A DNA stretch of 61,533 bases. Source: a virus (lineage: Duplodnaviria > Caudoviricetes). Position 1 is the first letter of the stretch; every line of letters begins with the position of its first letter. The notes below the pieces were generated by a model. That model did not search any database, was not told where the DNA came from, and worked only from the letters and a program-made list of their open reading frames with translations. Shown in pieces: positions 20,901 to 29,096 of the stretch. The stretch covers positions 1 through 61,533 of the IMG/VR virus record IMGVR_UViG_3300020436_000012. One strand, written 5' to 3'. The position numbers were made by a program, and so were the translations under genes.

Positions 20901-22119
20901 TGACGGACAGTATTCAACTACGTTTTCAGACGGAGCAGGAGTTAAATCAATCACCGCGATAACACAAGCAGAGCCAGGTATTATAACTGTATCTGCTGAT
21001 CACTTTTTAGCAGCAACCACTCCCGCAACAAGAAGTATTATACATGACGTAATAGGTATGACACAATTAAATAGTAGAGAAGTTTATGTAACTAGAAGCA
21101 CCTCAAATACTACTCTTCAACTATTTAATTATACAGCTAAATCTGGTGTTACTATTTCAGCAGTCACAAAAGCAAACCCTGCAGTTGTAACTGCCTCTGG
21201 TCATGGTCTGAGCGATGGAGACAAAATAATTATTCAAGGGGTAGTGGGCATGACTGAACTAAACGGTCTTGTTTTCACTGTCGCTAATAAAACTACAAAT
21301 ACTTTTGAGCTTTCAGGAACAAATAGCAGTTCTTTCACTACTTACTCCTCTGGGGGTGTAGTTCACGAAGCTATTAATACTTCATCAGGACACTCAGCCT
21401 ACTCTAGTGGAGGGGTTGTAGACTTAGGAGACTATTCTAATGCTAATTCTTACGCTTTAATTGCTAGTGTGATTGCCGCAGATCAAATTAAATTAGGAAA
21501 AGTATACCACGCTAACGGGGCATCAACAGGAGCTAATGCATTTGCCAACTTGACAACTGTTGCGAGTTCATATAAACTAGTAGATCTAAATCAGTTTGCT
21601 GACTCTTCTTCTGCGGCGACCACATTCTTAGGAGATTCTAGTGCTTTGTCAAGGGTTACAGAAATTAGAACTTCTGAGTCTGACCCGTTTTTTGCTAATG
21701 GTAATGTAAATATTAGTACGTTTACTGGAACTTCTGATGATAGATTCACTACTTTTAGTACTGGATCAAGATTAGCTAGATTTTTCCAAATCAGAGAAAT
21801 TATAACAAACGCAAAACCAACTGAAACTAATTTTACGTTAGACACTTTTGAATATACGGTAGATAAACCAACTCAAGAGTTTAGAACTAGAGTTACTTTT
21901 GCAGGAACTAGCGATACTGGAGGAAATACTGCAGTAGACTATTCTTCTGCCGGATTTATTGAACCCCCGTTTATAACTATGACCCCTGTGGGAGCAATAG
22001 GAAAAATTGCAACAGTTATAGGCTCAACAAATACAGGAGCAAATATTAATGTCGTTAACTCATCTGATCAAGCACCTTCTACAGGTGTAGTGTTAGATTT
22101 TGTGGCACAAGGAATTTAA
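14914..22119 (+). CDS. Central tail fibre/tip attachment protein J-like with N-terminal Hint domain
   Basis: 2401 aa; LGEGPI, YPRTSLIG, GLLVKVPSNY, WDGTFVYSWTQNPIW, GVTRRSQASR gpJ motifs; FN3-like segments. Confidence 0.9.
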   Translation: MSVYKKYTNVSGGSVPIISGSKGGCFPAGSLVSTPRGEIPIEDIKLNDKVYCFDDNDKRWVSFVEKTWEHVPSETVGYILTITHEKGKLRVTDNHYLYDENNEYKEAKDWKVGEYLTSEDNDFSKILSIKSEDYLNETVYNLTVNTYHNYICQGIRLSNKGGGGKGGGGARAAATESPNTLFSTDILFLTVALGEGPIYRINPNGPQDIEINEGAIDDLINIDGDGEENNEVFKTLTTTGTLTQEPLAVFGAETITPQNLNNPVSLKNGNVEGIPKASVTLQNTSAKDWDKIRFNFVIQGLQKSDGNGNVTGSSVSITIQVFDRTGTTLIAELGEDSRTISGKTNTRFKFQRDILIPEASRSLDGYKFTIEKTSSDSDSNRTQDNVQFIGWDEIEFDDMAYPRTSLIGYAIKSFNEHEGRVPTFTSLIKGLLVKVPSNYNQPILSNGEIDWRELEIPETGTSTIGGESTQIGYTQKGYQLQTTVEGVAEKKISLISGSAGTGYASDATPSVTISGGGGSGGAATANIGTNKVSSFTLTNAGSGYTSAPTVTVAAPAAVTFNGASAVNDSSDTITITGHPFATGDQATYSAGGGTAISGTGVSTASGGVFIISVDANTVKLATSSVNSLSGTAIDITSGSGSSHTLTGMTATATATLTTEQFNANPIIYQGVWDGTFVYSWTQNPIWIVYDILTNRTYGLGIDEENIDKFMFYKVAQYCDACDFTTGAFIGVSGFADGTFRHKPRGLFTTVREILVGLDRGVQVKERRFMNDISIQEDVQVMDTINKLTSTFRGLLYYAGGKITLNIDIPEDTPVAVFNDANIRKDTLKFSGTKESDIITGVDVSYIEPANHFKREVVRIDDQEALRDRNQIENIQTVDLAGVTRRSQASRYGQYLIASSKYLRRQVEFQCGVDALNLVVGDIITVATKQGGIAYGFGGKVAADSQITGGGVANANILLEHFTSPAITASTFTGNTNPLAVRIIGMESDRIDYYLVDNVSFTANATGNADSGIDLIEIETIARYNYSTKAFVNGRDFLANNVPKKGDLWTFGETGGDPDNFYTAQNDRLFKITTISRGTEEDVTITGIEYISNVYVDSDSLIAYVPVRYDDTVSSLTPPPSPELNLSSRPRELGDGSVTNDLLVDVFTDQTGYPLFVETDLSIARPDFNFTPYLTSNANTGATTFTASNVSPLANGEVSILSGKNGFKTNTGEIKLLVDAVTNPDVTDTSNGNVQFSIKSLNLAFDINQMKHVLEVNDGGGAVANVLKGFDRVSFDLNQKLTTGTGLLGFVDHGTRLTQYSANIVAHSTTMDAGTIKIQNEHSGESTLLDQLPTPPFFVSINQLVDTRFMDNRSLYISGSSFTEIHSNVLTGNLTSSSSFIQPLVRGAPFKEAVRVFIDGIEKTTGDWNFTSSANDSITVPGLSTEATIRVEAEHYTVPAVEPGDNLQFHSGNVYSIVNASYSTDSADFNASLTANSMYRVTLGSKLRSNTRGTVAVNISPDPIGTTNNVVGRSFTFDYNKTLFPGTFSLSNNAIYSVLTPTTFDGFQIPNDRLVRDIDPGLYVLRAQNVNQAGRRSPIVTESILINEIPIQRVENLLITESLYIEQSVGAVTRVTVEFDHLQNQSVTDYELSYKLGGTAADLTSFNTVKLPATGVDTDGKMRFTINNVDRGLTSSVNNITVRVTALNKSIKGVTFEKSQPILGKQIPPQNIQNFSVSQLGENIHLFWAYVTNADGSLIDPDLRDIVIKRTQGIVQPADFASAFVNAPEFIVVSSGSTRKVAAIDTFGTFTYLAKTRDTSGNLSTDVVGVTFTSVKLAELFLLQSYSEDNPGGNVITGVPLTNRAEFNFPSLANSNTAGISIAAQPTSLVDNANGTAVGFSVISGSPTDILATGSQSIYQTQVRDIGALTSVSLTANIQGTATTSTDWNTLHRDIATGVTEVSSDNTILKDTGLGGSEGVGTVLGFGNTVAAIHTADIPNQTLVSGGATGNVFAIWNDGQYSTTFSDGAGVKSITAITQAEPGIITVSADHFLAATTPATRSIIHDVIGMTQLNSREVYVTRSTSNTTLQLFNYTAKSGVTISAVTKANPAVVTASGHGLSDGDKIIIQGVVGMTELNGLVFTVANKTTNTFELSGTNSSSFTTYSSGGVVHEAINTSSGHSAYSSGGVVDLGDYSNANSYALIASVIAADQIKLGKVYHANGASTGANAFANLTTVASSYKLVDLNQFADSSSAATTFLGDSSALSRVTEIRTSESDPFFANGNVNISTFTGTSDDRFTTFSTGSRLARFFQIREIITNAKPTETNFTLDTFEYTVDKPTQEFRTRVTFAGTSDTGGNTAVDYSSAGFIEPPFITMTPVGAIGKIATVIGSTNTGANINVVNSSDQAPSTGVVLDFVAQGI
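14986..15390 (+). other. Hint (intein-like/BIL) domain, 135 aa, no homing endonuclease
   Basis: Starts CFPAGSLV, has VTDNH block B, ends VYNLTV..HNY...RLSN; next residue is Lys. Confidence 0.88.
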
Positions 22120-22132
22120 AGGAGATTAAAAA

Positions 22133-23173
22133 ATGGCTACAGGCACATCAAATACGTTTGTTTTAACGACTGCATCAACAGCGTTATCAACTTCGAGAAC
22201 TCATATAAATGGAAGTTTGCAATCATTAGCCCAGAACTTCTATTCATCAGTACCCCCTGCGGCATCTAACTTTACGGATGATGGGGCTGCCCAAGTTGCT
22301 TTTACAGATTCTAGGACATACGGTCTGTTGTACTATGATGCAGGTAGAAAAGCACTTTACGTTAATAGTGATACCGCAGATAAAAAAGGTGCTGAAGGAC
22401 CTGGAGGTAACTTTACCAGAGTTGGAATAGGTTCTAGATACGAAGATAATATTATTGGTGCAACAGCAAACATTGGTTCATACCAAATTGGAGAGTTAGT
22501 AGCGGTTTTTGGGTCAACAGCTGCGTCATCAACTCCTTCAAATATTAGGCTAATGATAAAAGGAGCAAACTCAGCCTCCAACTTCACGGATGTAGGTATA
22601 CCTCCAACAAACGGAGTTACTTCAACAATGTTAGTGGACAACGCTGTTACGACAGCAAAAGTAACAGATAGAAATATTAGCAACGTAAAGATTACTGCAG
22701 CTTCTATATCAATACATGAATTAGATAATTTTGTGGAAACAGCACTAACACCTACTGGAGTTATTTCTGGATATGGAGGAAGTTCTGCACCTAGTGGTTA
22801 TTTATTGTGTGATGGGGCAGCTATTGCTCGTACAGGAGTTAATGCTAACCTATTTTCCACTGTGGGAACAGCTTTTGGAACAGGAAATGGAAATAATACG
22901 TTTAACGTGCCAGATTTAAGAGATAGGATGTTACTAGGTAAAGGCTCTAATAACAGTACTTTGGGTGCTCAAACACCTCAAATGCCGGGCAGTGCTACTA
23001 AACCTTCAGAGTCTACTTCAATTGCTGCACACTCTTTAACTACAGCAACCTTTGCTACTTCAGCAAAAGACTCTTCACAATCAACAGCAGTAACTGCCGT
23101 CGCGGATCACGCCGCTATTACGCCTAACATGATATTCCCTACATCTGTAGTGAATTTTATTATAAAACTTTAA
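22133..23173 (+). CDS. Tail fibre protein with tail collar domain
   Basis: PTGVISGYGGSSAPSGYLLCDG...FNVPDLRDR and terminal VNFIIK. Confidence 0.85.
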   Translation: MATGTSNTFVLTTASTALSTSRTHINGSLQSLAQNFYSSVPPAASNFTDDGAAQVAFTDSRTYGLLYYDAGRKALYVNSDTADKKGAEGPGGNFTRVGIGSRYEDNIIGATANIGSYQIGELVAVFGSTAASSTPSNIRLMIKGANSASNFTDVGIPPTNGVTSTMLVDNAVTTAKVTDRNISNVKITAASISIHELDNFVETALTPTGVISGYGGSSAPSGYLLCDGAAIARTGVNANLFSTVGTAFGTGNGNNTFNVPDLRDRMLLGKGSNNSTLGAQTPQMPGSATKPSESTSIAAHSLTTATFATSAKDSSQSTAVTAVADHAAITPNMIFPTSVVNFIIKL

Positions 23174-23183
23174 GGAGAGAATA

Positions 23184-23645
23184 ATGGAGATTATTAAATT
23201 TAATGCCTTTGACATAGAAGGCAAATTAGTGTATGCTAGTTATAGAAAATTTGAACGAGGGGAAAAAGGGGAACAAGTCGAAAGAAGTTTGCCTTTTGAT
23301 AAATTTATTGAATTAGAACCAAAGTTAGGAGAAATACTAGCTGGTTCTTGTTATTCAGTTTATTTAGAAGAATCTCCCTCTATGAATGTTTATGAAAAGA
23401 AATTTTTAGACGATACACCTAATACAGAATTAACAGAAGAAGAGATTACATATTTTAAAGACTTAGCTAAAAGAGCTTGTGTAGACGAAGAATGGGATGA
23501 TTTATTAAAACCACCCTCCGTGGATGAACAAGTAGAAGACTTTATTAAAGAGTTTTTTGAAGACGGGGAAGATGAAGGTGTCGAACAAAAAGATTACCTA
23601 GAAGAATTTTTCAAGGAGTTAGAAGTAGAAGACTCCGATAATTAG
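23184..23645 (+). CDS. Hypothetical acidic protein (possible fibre chaperone)
   Basis: AAGGAG RBS; very acidic C-terminus; between two fibre genes. Confidence 0.55.
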   Translation: MEIIKFNAFDIEGKLVYASYRKFERGEKGEQVERSLPFDKFIELEPKLGEILAGSCYSVYLEESPSMNVYEKKFLDDTPNTELTEEEITYFKDLAKRACVDEEWDDLLKPPSVDEQVEDFIKEFFEDGEDEGVEQKDYLEEFFKELEVEDSDN

Positions 23646-23656
23646 GAGAACCTCAT

Positions 23657-25510
23657 ATGGTTACAAAAATTAGTAGTACCGTTATCGGAGCTAATGCTTT
23701 AGGATCAGCAGGTATTGGCAGTAATGTTATCATAGCTAGGCACCTAGCTAATAATGCTGTTCAGAGTAGGCATCTTGGTGCGGGTGCAAACGCGTCTGTT
23801 GTTTCAGAAAACGTAGTAGCGTTACAAGCTAACCTAACAGCAAATATAGACGTAGTACAAGATAACGTAGCTGCTATTCTTGACGCAACCACTGATTTAA
23901 ATATTGGAAGTGGTCAATACTTTTTTGATAAATCTGCAAGGTCCTTTAGCTTAGATAATACTAACCCTGCGGCTTCTTCTTTAACTTTAGGAACTCCTGC
24001 TAACGTTATCATCAACTACGGGATACAAAATAATGGTGGTAACGTCATAATTGGACATGGTGACATTACCACAGCGACCCCACACAGATTAGATGTAAGA
24101 GGAACCGCTAATACTGGCGCTCTTTCCGCAACTTCTTTTATAGTCCCTAACGATGGGGATATTGGTTCTACCGGAGCCACTGATGCTATTCAAATTGCAT
24201 CTGATGGTGTAGTTACATTTAAAGACGATATTAAAATTAAAGATGGAGGCACCATAGGAACTGCTACCGATGCCGCTGCTATTACGATAGCTGCTGCTGG
24301 AGCAGTTACTTTTAGTGATAGAAGCGTCCATAGTTCAGGTATTACTGTTGCTGATGGAGGTCAAATTGGTAGTACGACGACAGCCGCTGCTTTAACAATA
24401 GCGGGAGGCGGTGCCGTTACCACGTCAGGTGATTTAATTGTAACAGGTGATTTAACAGTTAGTGGTGATACTGTTCAACAAGATGTTACTAATTTACTTG
24501 TAGAAGATAGAATTATAATGGTTGCTTCTGGGGCTAACGGAACTCCAAGCTTAGATACAGGAGTTATGTTAGGTCGTGGGAATCAAAATAATGTATTTAT
24601 TGGTTATGATGAGTCTGTAAATAAAGTAGTATTAGCGCATACTTTAGCACCTCCTAGTAATACAGAGGTTCATGCAACAAGTGCAGCTAATTTAGACGCT
24701 CGTGCAATTACCGCGTCAAATGTTACACTTTCACACGATAATAGTGTTATTATTCCAAATGATGGTAATATAGGTAGTGTAGGCGCTCTTGATGCTATAC
24801 AAATTAATTCTGATGGTATAGTTACTTTTAAAGATGACATTAAAATTAAAGATACAGGCACTATTGGGACAGCTACTACTGCTGCAGCGATAACTCTAGC
24901 AGCAGATGGAGGAGCTACTTTTGCAGACGATCTGTCTGTCTCAGGAGCTTCAACAGTAACAGGACGATCAGTAGTAGGAACAGGATTAGGTATAGTAGGT
25001 AACACAGCTCCTGAGAACAACTCGTTTAGTATTGGGCAGCCTGCTAATGTTACAATAAGGACACATGCAGCTGGGTTGTCGTCTGGTAATATAATTGTTG
25101 GTGACGCTACAGCTACTTCTGGATTTAATTTAGATGTTAGAGGTTCAGCTAATGTTGGGGTGTTCTTTACTCGAGAAATTGACCCTCTAGCTAATGACCA
25201 CGCAACCTTTGTTAGACTAAACGCAAACTTAAACGTGGTACAAGATAACGTAGCAGCTGCGTCAGGCACTACTCTCTCACCCCAACACAATGTAATTACT
25301 ACAGTAGCTGGAGCAAATGCTTATGGAATAGGAGCTTCAGTAACTGCTATTGATAGAATAGAAGTTGTGCTAAGTGGTATAAGACAGACTAGGCAGTTTG
25401 GAGGATCAGATAATGATTTTGTAATTCCTAGTGCTGGAGTGGTACAGTTTGTAGAACCTGCGGCTAATATTCCTGCAGGACTAAGATTAATGATTAGACG
25501 ATGGGCGTAA
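23657..25510 (+). CDS. Putative tail fibre/virion structural protein with internal repeats
   Basis: Gly/Ala/Thr-rich beta repeats; duplicated PNDGxIGS...TFKDDIKIKD and VVQDNVAA modules. Confidence 0.7.
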   Translation: MVTKISSTVIGANALGSAGIGSNVIIARHLANNAVQSRHLGAGANASVVSENVVALQANLTANIDVVQDNVAAILDATTDLNIGSGQYFFDKSARSFSLDNTNPAASSLTLGTPANVIINYGIQNNGGNVIIGHGDITTATPHRLDVRGTANTGALSATSFIVPNDGDIGSTGATDAIQIASDGVVTFKDDIKIKDGGTIGTATDAAAITIAAAGAVTFSDRSVHSSGITVADGGQIGSTTTAAALTIAGGGAVTTSGDLIVTGDLTVSGDTVQQDVTNLLVEDRIIMVASGANGTPSLDTGVMLGRGNQNNVFIGYDESVNKVVLAHTLAPPSNTEVHATSAANLDARAITASNVTLSHDNSVIIPNDGNIGSVGALDAIQINSDGIVTFKDDIKIKDTGTIGTATTAAAITLAADGGATFADDLSVSGASTVTGRSVVGTGLGIVGNTAPENNSFSIGQPANVTIRTHAAGLSSGNIIVGDATATSGFNLDVRGSANVGVFFTREIDPLANDHATFVRLNANLNVVQDNVAAASGTTLSPQHNVITTVAGANAYGIGASVTAIDRIEVVLSGIRQTRQFGGSDNDFVIPSAGVVQFVEPAANIPAGLRLMIRRWA

Positions 25511-25511
25511 T

Positions 25512-26498
25512 GTGAAAAAAATAAGACAACTGACTACCGAGTTAACATTTAGATGTAATGCAAAATGCCCGGCTTGTCATAGAATAAAACCTCTTAGGGT
25601 AAATTTAAATGACCCTAAATATACTATTACATTAGATAATTTCCAAAAACTATTTTATCCCGAATTGCTCAAAAATTTAGAGTGGTTGGTCTTCAATGGT
25701 AATTTTGGAGACTCTGTTATGAATAAACAGTTTAGAGAAATTATAAGTTATGTTAAACAACATGACACGAAATTGTTAATACATACTAATGGAGGAATTC
25801 ATGATCACGATTATTGGACAGACGTAGGTAATATTTTAGATAAACTAGATATAATAAATTTTGATTTAGATGGGTTAGAAGACACTCACTCTAGATATAG
25901 AATTAATACCGACTTTAATACAGTTATTAGTAATGCTAAATCTGTTATTAATACTAATAGGGCAAGCGTGCATTGGAAATATATTGTATTTGATTATAAC
26001 CAACATCAAGTAGAAAAAGCTAAACAACTAGCGATAGATTATGGTTTTTCTACTTTTAGCACGGTTACTACAAATAGAGATTTTCATCCTCCAAAAGATG
26101 GAATTTATAGACATGTTAAAAGAAAAAAAGACTTATCAAAAATTCCTAAAAAGATTATTTGTTCTTGGGACGATTGGGGAAAGTGGTATATTTCTCCAGA
26201 AGGATTAGTCTTCAGATGTTGTTGGACAGGTGGACACTATTACGATAAAGATAATTCTAGATTTTACTATATGAAAGATCACGAACAACTGTTTAACGGT
26301 TTAGAAGTTCCAATAGAAAAGATTTTAAGTTATGATTATTGGAATAAATTGCAACAATTCCTACAAGGATATGATAGGAGTTTTAGTTTATGTAAGTCGC
26401 AATGTGGAAAAATAGTTAGTAGTAGAGAAAAAACTGAAGAAGACTTAAAGACAGGAGAAATTACTCTTTTTAACGCGTCAAATCAAATCGATAATTAA
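25512..26498 (+). CDS. Radical SAM protein with SPASM/twitch-like domain
   Basis: CNAKCPAC; HTNGG; C-terminal C...YISPEGLVFRCC...CKSQC. Confidence 0.9.
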   Translation: MKKIRQLTTELTFRCNAKCPACHRIKPLRVNLNDPKYTITLDNFQKLFYPELLKNLEWLVFNGNFGDSVMNKQFREIISYVKQHDTKLLIHTNGGIHDHDYWTDVGNILDKLDIINFDLDGLEDTHSRYRINTDFNTVISNAKSVINTNRASVHWKYIVFDYNQHQVEKAKQLAIDYGFSTFSTVTTNRDFHPPKDGIYRHVKRKKDLSKIPKKIICSWDDWGKWYISPEGLVFRCCWTGGHYYDKDNSRFYYMKDHEQLFNGLEVPIEKILSYDYWNKLQQFLQGYDRSFSLCKSQCGKIVSSREKTEEDLKTGEITLFNASNQIDN

Positions 26499-26544
26499 AA
26501 AAATAGGTTTAGCCCTGCTAATCAGGTAGCTAATTAAAATAAGA

Positions 26545-26574
26545 TTGGCTATTTAAAAATCTTTACTCTATAAT
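26545..26574 (+). promoter_or_regulatory. Sigma70-like promoter
   Basis: TTGGCT-18 nt-TATAAT in the intergenic gap. Confidence 0.5.
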
Positions 26575-26608
26575 GATATTATATTGTAGAATAAATAGGG
26601 AGTGTCAT

Positions 26609-27412
26609 ATGGAATATCAAGGTATTGAAATAGGAGACTGGGTATACGACGGTCCAAAAAGTTTCGTTATGAAACTTATGGATGCTTTTGGTACGCCTAA
26701 ATACATTGAAAAAAATCCAACAACTAACGAGGCTTATTCAGTCGTATTTAAAAATATTGACGGATTTGATTTTGTTCGTATTGTAGATTCAAACACAAAT
26801 AAATTACATCCTTATCCTGCAAAAATTTATGTAGAAGGCGGTTTGTATTTTAAAGTTCCTCACGAAATGGTTGGTGCTTTAAAAGATGCTTCTCCTACGA
26901 TTATGATTGATGAGTTAAATGGTTGGGTTATAGGTAAATGCGCAAGTTTATCAATAGCTGCTGCAACATTACAATTTGTAATTGATGCAGTTAATGGAAA
27001 TACTCCTCCTACTAGAGAAGAATATGATAGAAGATTAAAAAGAATTATAGATGACGGAGTTTTAGATCCTAAAATTAGCTGGTGGGAAGATAATCTAAAA
27101 GAAATGGGTGATGAAATGAAAACTTTTAAAGACGAAAACTTGACAGTAACAAAAGACGGACACACTGATGTTGCTTCTGCGAGTAGAGCTTGTAGACAAA
27201 TCACAGAAAACGTAGCGGATATATACAATGCTTTGCCCGCCGATGGGGAAGCATCATTGCCTAGTTGGTGGACTAATAAACTAGCAGTTAGTAATGCTTA
27301 TTTGGATTCTTTAAGAGATTATTTAGTACATAGTAGTGAAAGAGAAGAATCTTTAGCTATTAAAGAATGTACAGTGGAGATTAAATTAGACGATGCCCCT
27401 ACAAAAAGGTAA
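26609..27412 (+). CDS. Hypothetical two-domain protein
   Basis: Start moved to ATG 26609 behind GGGAG; no family recognised with confidence. Confidence 0.6.
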   Translation: MEYQGIEIGDWVYDGPKSFVMKLMDAFGTPKYIEKNPTTNEAYSVVFKNIDGFDFVRIVDSNTNKLHPYPAKIYVEGGLYFKVPHEMVGALKDASPTIMIDELNGWVIGKCASLSIAAATLQFVIDAVNGNTPPTREEYDRRLKRIIDDGVLDPKISWWEDNLKEMGDEMKTFKDENLTVTKDGHTDVASASRACRQITENVADIYNALPADGEASLPSWWTNKLAVSNAYLDSLRDYLVHSSEREESLAIKECTVEIKLDDAPTKR

Positions 27413-27596
27413 AAGTAAGAAAGTAATTTCTGCAAACATAAAAGAATTAACTAAAAAGAAGGGTGTAGGTAAATCTAGAAAAAAAGCTATTTCTACACTT
27501 GCAAAAAGGCGTGGAATCTCTCCGGCTAAGGCTCAGAGATTACAAGCCGTCGCGATCGCTCTAGGGAAATCCCGAAGATCGAGGAAACGTAAATAA
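27393..27596 (+). CDS. Small basic phage protein
   Basis: MPLQKGKSKKVISANIKEL...QAVAIAL pattern common in phages; GGAG RBS. Confidence 0.7.
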   Translation: MPLQKGKSKKVISANIKELTKKKGVGKSRKKAISTLAKRRGISPAKAQRLQAVAIALGKSRRSRKRK

Positions 27597-27618
27597 ATTT
27601 TAAAAGGAGAATAGACTA

Positions 27619-28350
27619 ATGGCAAATAAAGCTATTCATAAGGTAAGCCCTGAGCTAACAGATAATGCTCAGTTTAAAAGCGTTGAAGAGATTCCCACAA
27701 CAATTTTGGGTGCGGGAGATACTATCTTAGTTTATCCTGGCTCTTATGCTGACCCACGCACATCTAATGTTGCAGATGTATCAATTGTCGGTGTTGGTGA
27801 TAGAGATGATGTTGTCTTCGCTGGATTTTCAGTCCCTGATGCGACATCTCAAGGAGCAAATGTTGTTATTAAAAACGTAACAATTAATGCTGCTGGACTA
27901 ATTGTTGGTAATACAGAAGTTACAGTTAAGGTATTTGATTCCGTAATTAACGGAACGGATGGACCTGCTAGAAGCGCTGCTCTTGCTATCGCAAACGGAG
28001 CAGTCACCGCTGGAGTTACCGACTCTAATACTGCAGGTGCTGCTGGCGTAAACATGAACGCCGCAATTACTCTTGATCACTGTGAACTAGGAACTACTGT
28101 AGGACCGGGATACGGTGTTGTTCAACACTGTTCTGGCGCTGTAACGATGAGATATTGCACAATTGCTAGTGATACCGGTGCTCTTTCCAATGGTAACATG
28201 ACTCTTGAACATTGCACATTCACAGGAGCTAATAGTTATGTTACTTCAATTGCTGCTGGCCTCGCACCAACAATTACGGTTCGTGGATCTCATGCTGCTG
28301 CCGCTAACGCAGGTAATCACACGGAGACAGTTGTAGCTGCAATTTCGTAA
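27619..28350 (+). CDS. Short right-handed beta-helix (pectin-lyase-like fold) protein
   Basis: AGDTILVYPGSY cap motif, VVIKNVTI, TLEHCTF rungs; strong RBS. Confidence 0.65.
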   Translation: MANKAIHKVSPELTDNAQFKSVEEIPTTILGAGDTILVYPGSYADPRTSNVADVSIVGVGDRDDVVFAGFSVPDATSQGANVVIKNVTINAAGLIVGNTEVTVKVFDSVINGTDGPARSAALAIANGAVTAGVTDSNTAGAAGVNMNAAITLDHCELGTTVGPGYGVVQHCSGAVTMRYCTIASDTGALSNGNMTLEHCTFTGANSYVTSIAAGLAPTITVRGSHAAAANAGNHTETVVAAIS

Positions 28351-28364
28351 TAGGACTTAGTGGG

Positions 28365-28604
28365 GTGATTATATTTGAAAGAGAGCTTGTATTAGTTCAA
28401 GTTCTTTACTGGCTTCCAGACTATAATAACATATTGCAAGAATTCGTCTGGCAGACTTCTGATATTTCACCCCATTTTTCCAGAGTTCATAAGTTTTTAA
28501 ACTTCTGGCATGATAATATTGATGCTATAATACAAGAAGTTAATATTGCAAATACGAGCGGAAACTCGTATAATATTTCAAAAGGAGAAATTTACAATGG
28601 CTAG
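28365..28604 (+). CDS. usg: Usg-like family protein
   Basis: VLYWLPDY..ILQEFVWQ..D..P.F.R..KFL.FW matches the alphaproteobacterial Usg pattern. Confidence 0.75.
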   Translation: MIIFERELVLVQVLYWLPDYNNILQEFVWQTSDISPHFSRVHKFLNFWHDNIDAIIQEVNIANTSGNSYNISKGEIYNG

Positions 28605-28848
28605 AAAAGTAATTGGATTTGACGTTACTGGCACACCTGAGAACTACAAAAACGCAGGGTCTGTTGATAAGGCAGCGATGGGTGGTTCCTCTTCAAAAGG
28701 TAATTATAACCAGCCAGGTGCCGTCGGTAAAAATGCCATGATGAAAGCTGCTAAAGGATATATTGATGCCGATGGCTCAATGGGTGAAAACTCTCCCTCT
28801 GCAGAAAATGGCGGCGCCCCTGTTAAGGGACGCGGATATAGCAAATAA
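28597..28848 (+). CDS. Hypothetical Gly-rich small protein
   Basis: ATG 28597 behind AAGGAG. Confidence 0.6.
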   Translation: MARKVIGFDVTGTPENYKNAGSVDKAAMGGSSSKGNYNQPGAVGKNAMMKAAKGYIDADGSMGENSPSAENGGAPVKGRGYSK

Positions 28849-28859
28849 GGAGATCTAAT

Positions 28860-29096
28860 ATGGTTGCTAAACCTGGAGGTCTTGGTAATAATGAGATTGT
28901 TCAAATCGGCAGTAACCGGTATGGAGACATTGCGCCAGACGTTAAAAGAGTTGAGAAAGTTAAGGCTAGATATTTAGCTGGGGACAGCATTTTGTCTAAG
29001 CTCAAAGCTGTTTATAATGGTGAAGGTGTTAGAGTAGGTGAAACCCCTAGAAGAACTCTTGACTATGGAGCACCCTCTAAAGATAAAAATCCTTAA
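28860..29096 (+). CDS. Hypothetical small protein
   Basis: AAGGAG RBS, 78 aa. Confidence 0.6.
   Translation: MVAKPGGLGNNEIVQIGSNRYGDIAPDVKRVEKVKARYLAGDSILSKLKAVYNGEGVRVGETPRRTLDYGAPSKDKNP

Noticed and set aside
23657-25510. Diversity-generating retroelement template/variable repeats
   Set aside because: Repeats are conserved at protein level with synonymous divergence, not adenine-specific changes; no reverse transcriptase in the window
2641-27228. Many antisense and alternate-frame ORFs within tail genes (e.g. 5182-5574, 7843-8394, 24670-25290)
   Set aside because: Shadow ORFs of long genes with biased codon use; no RBS or recognisable motifs
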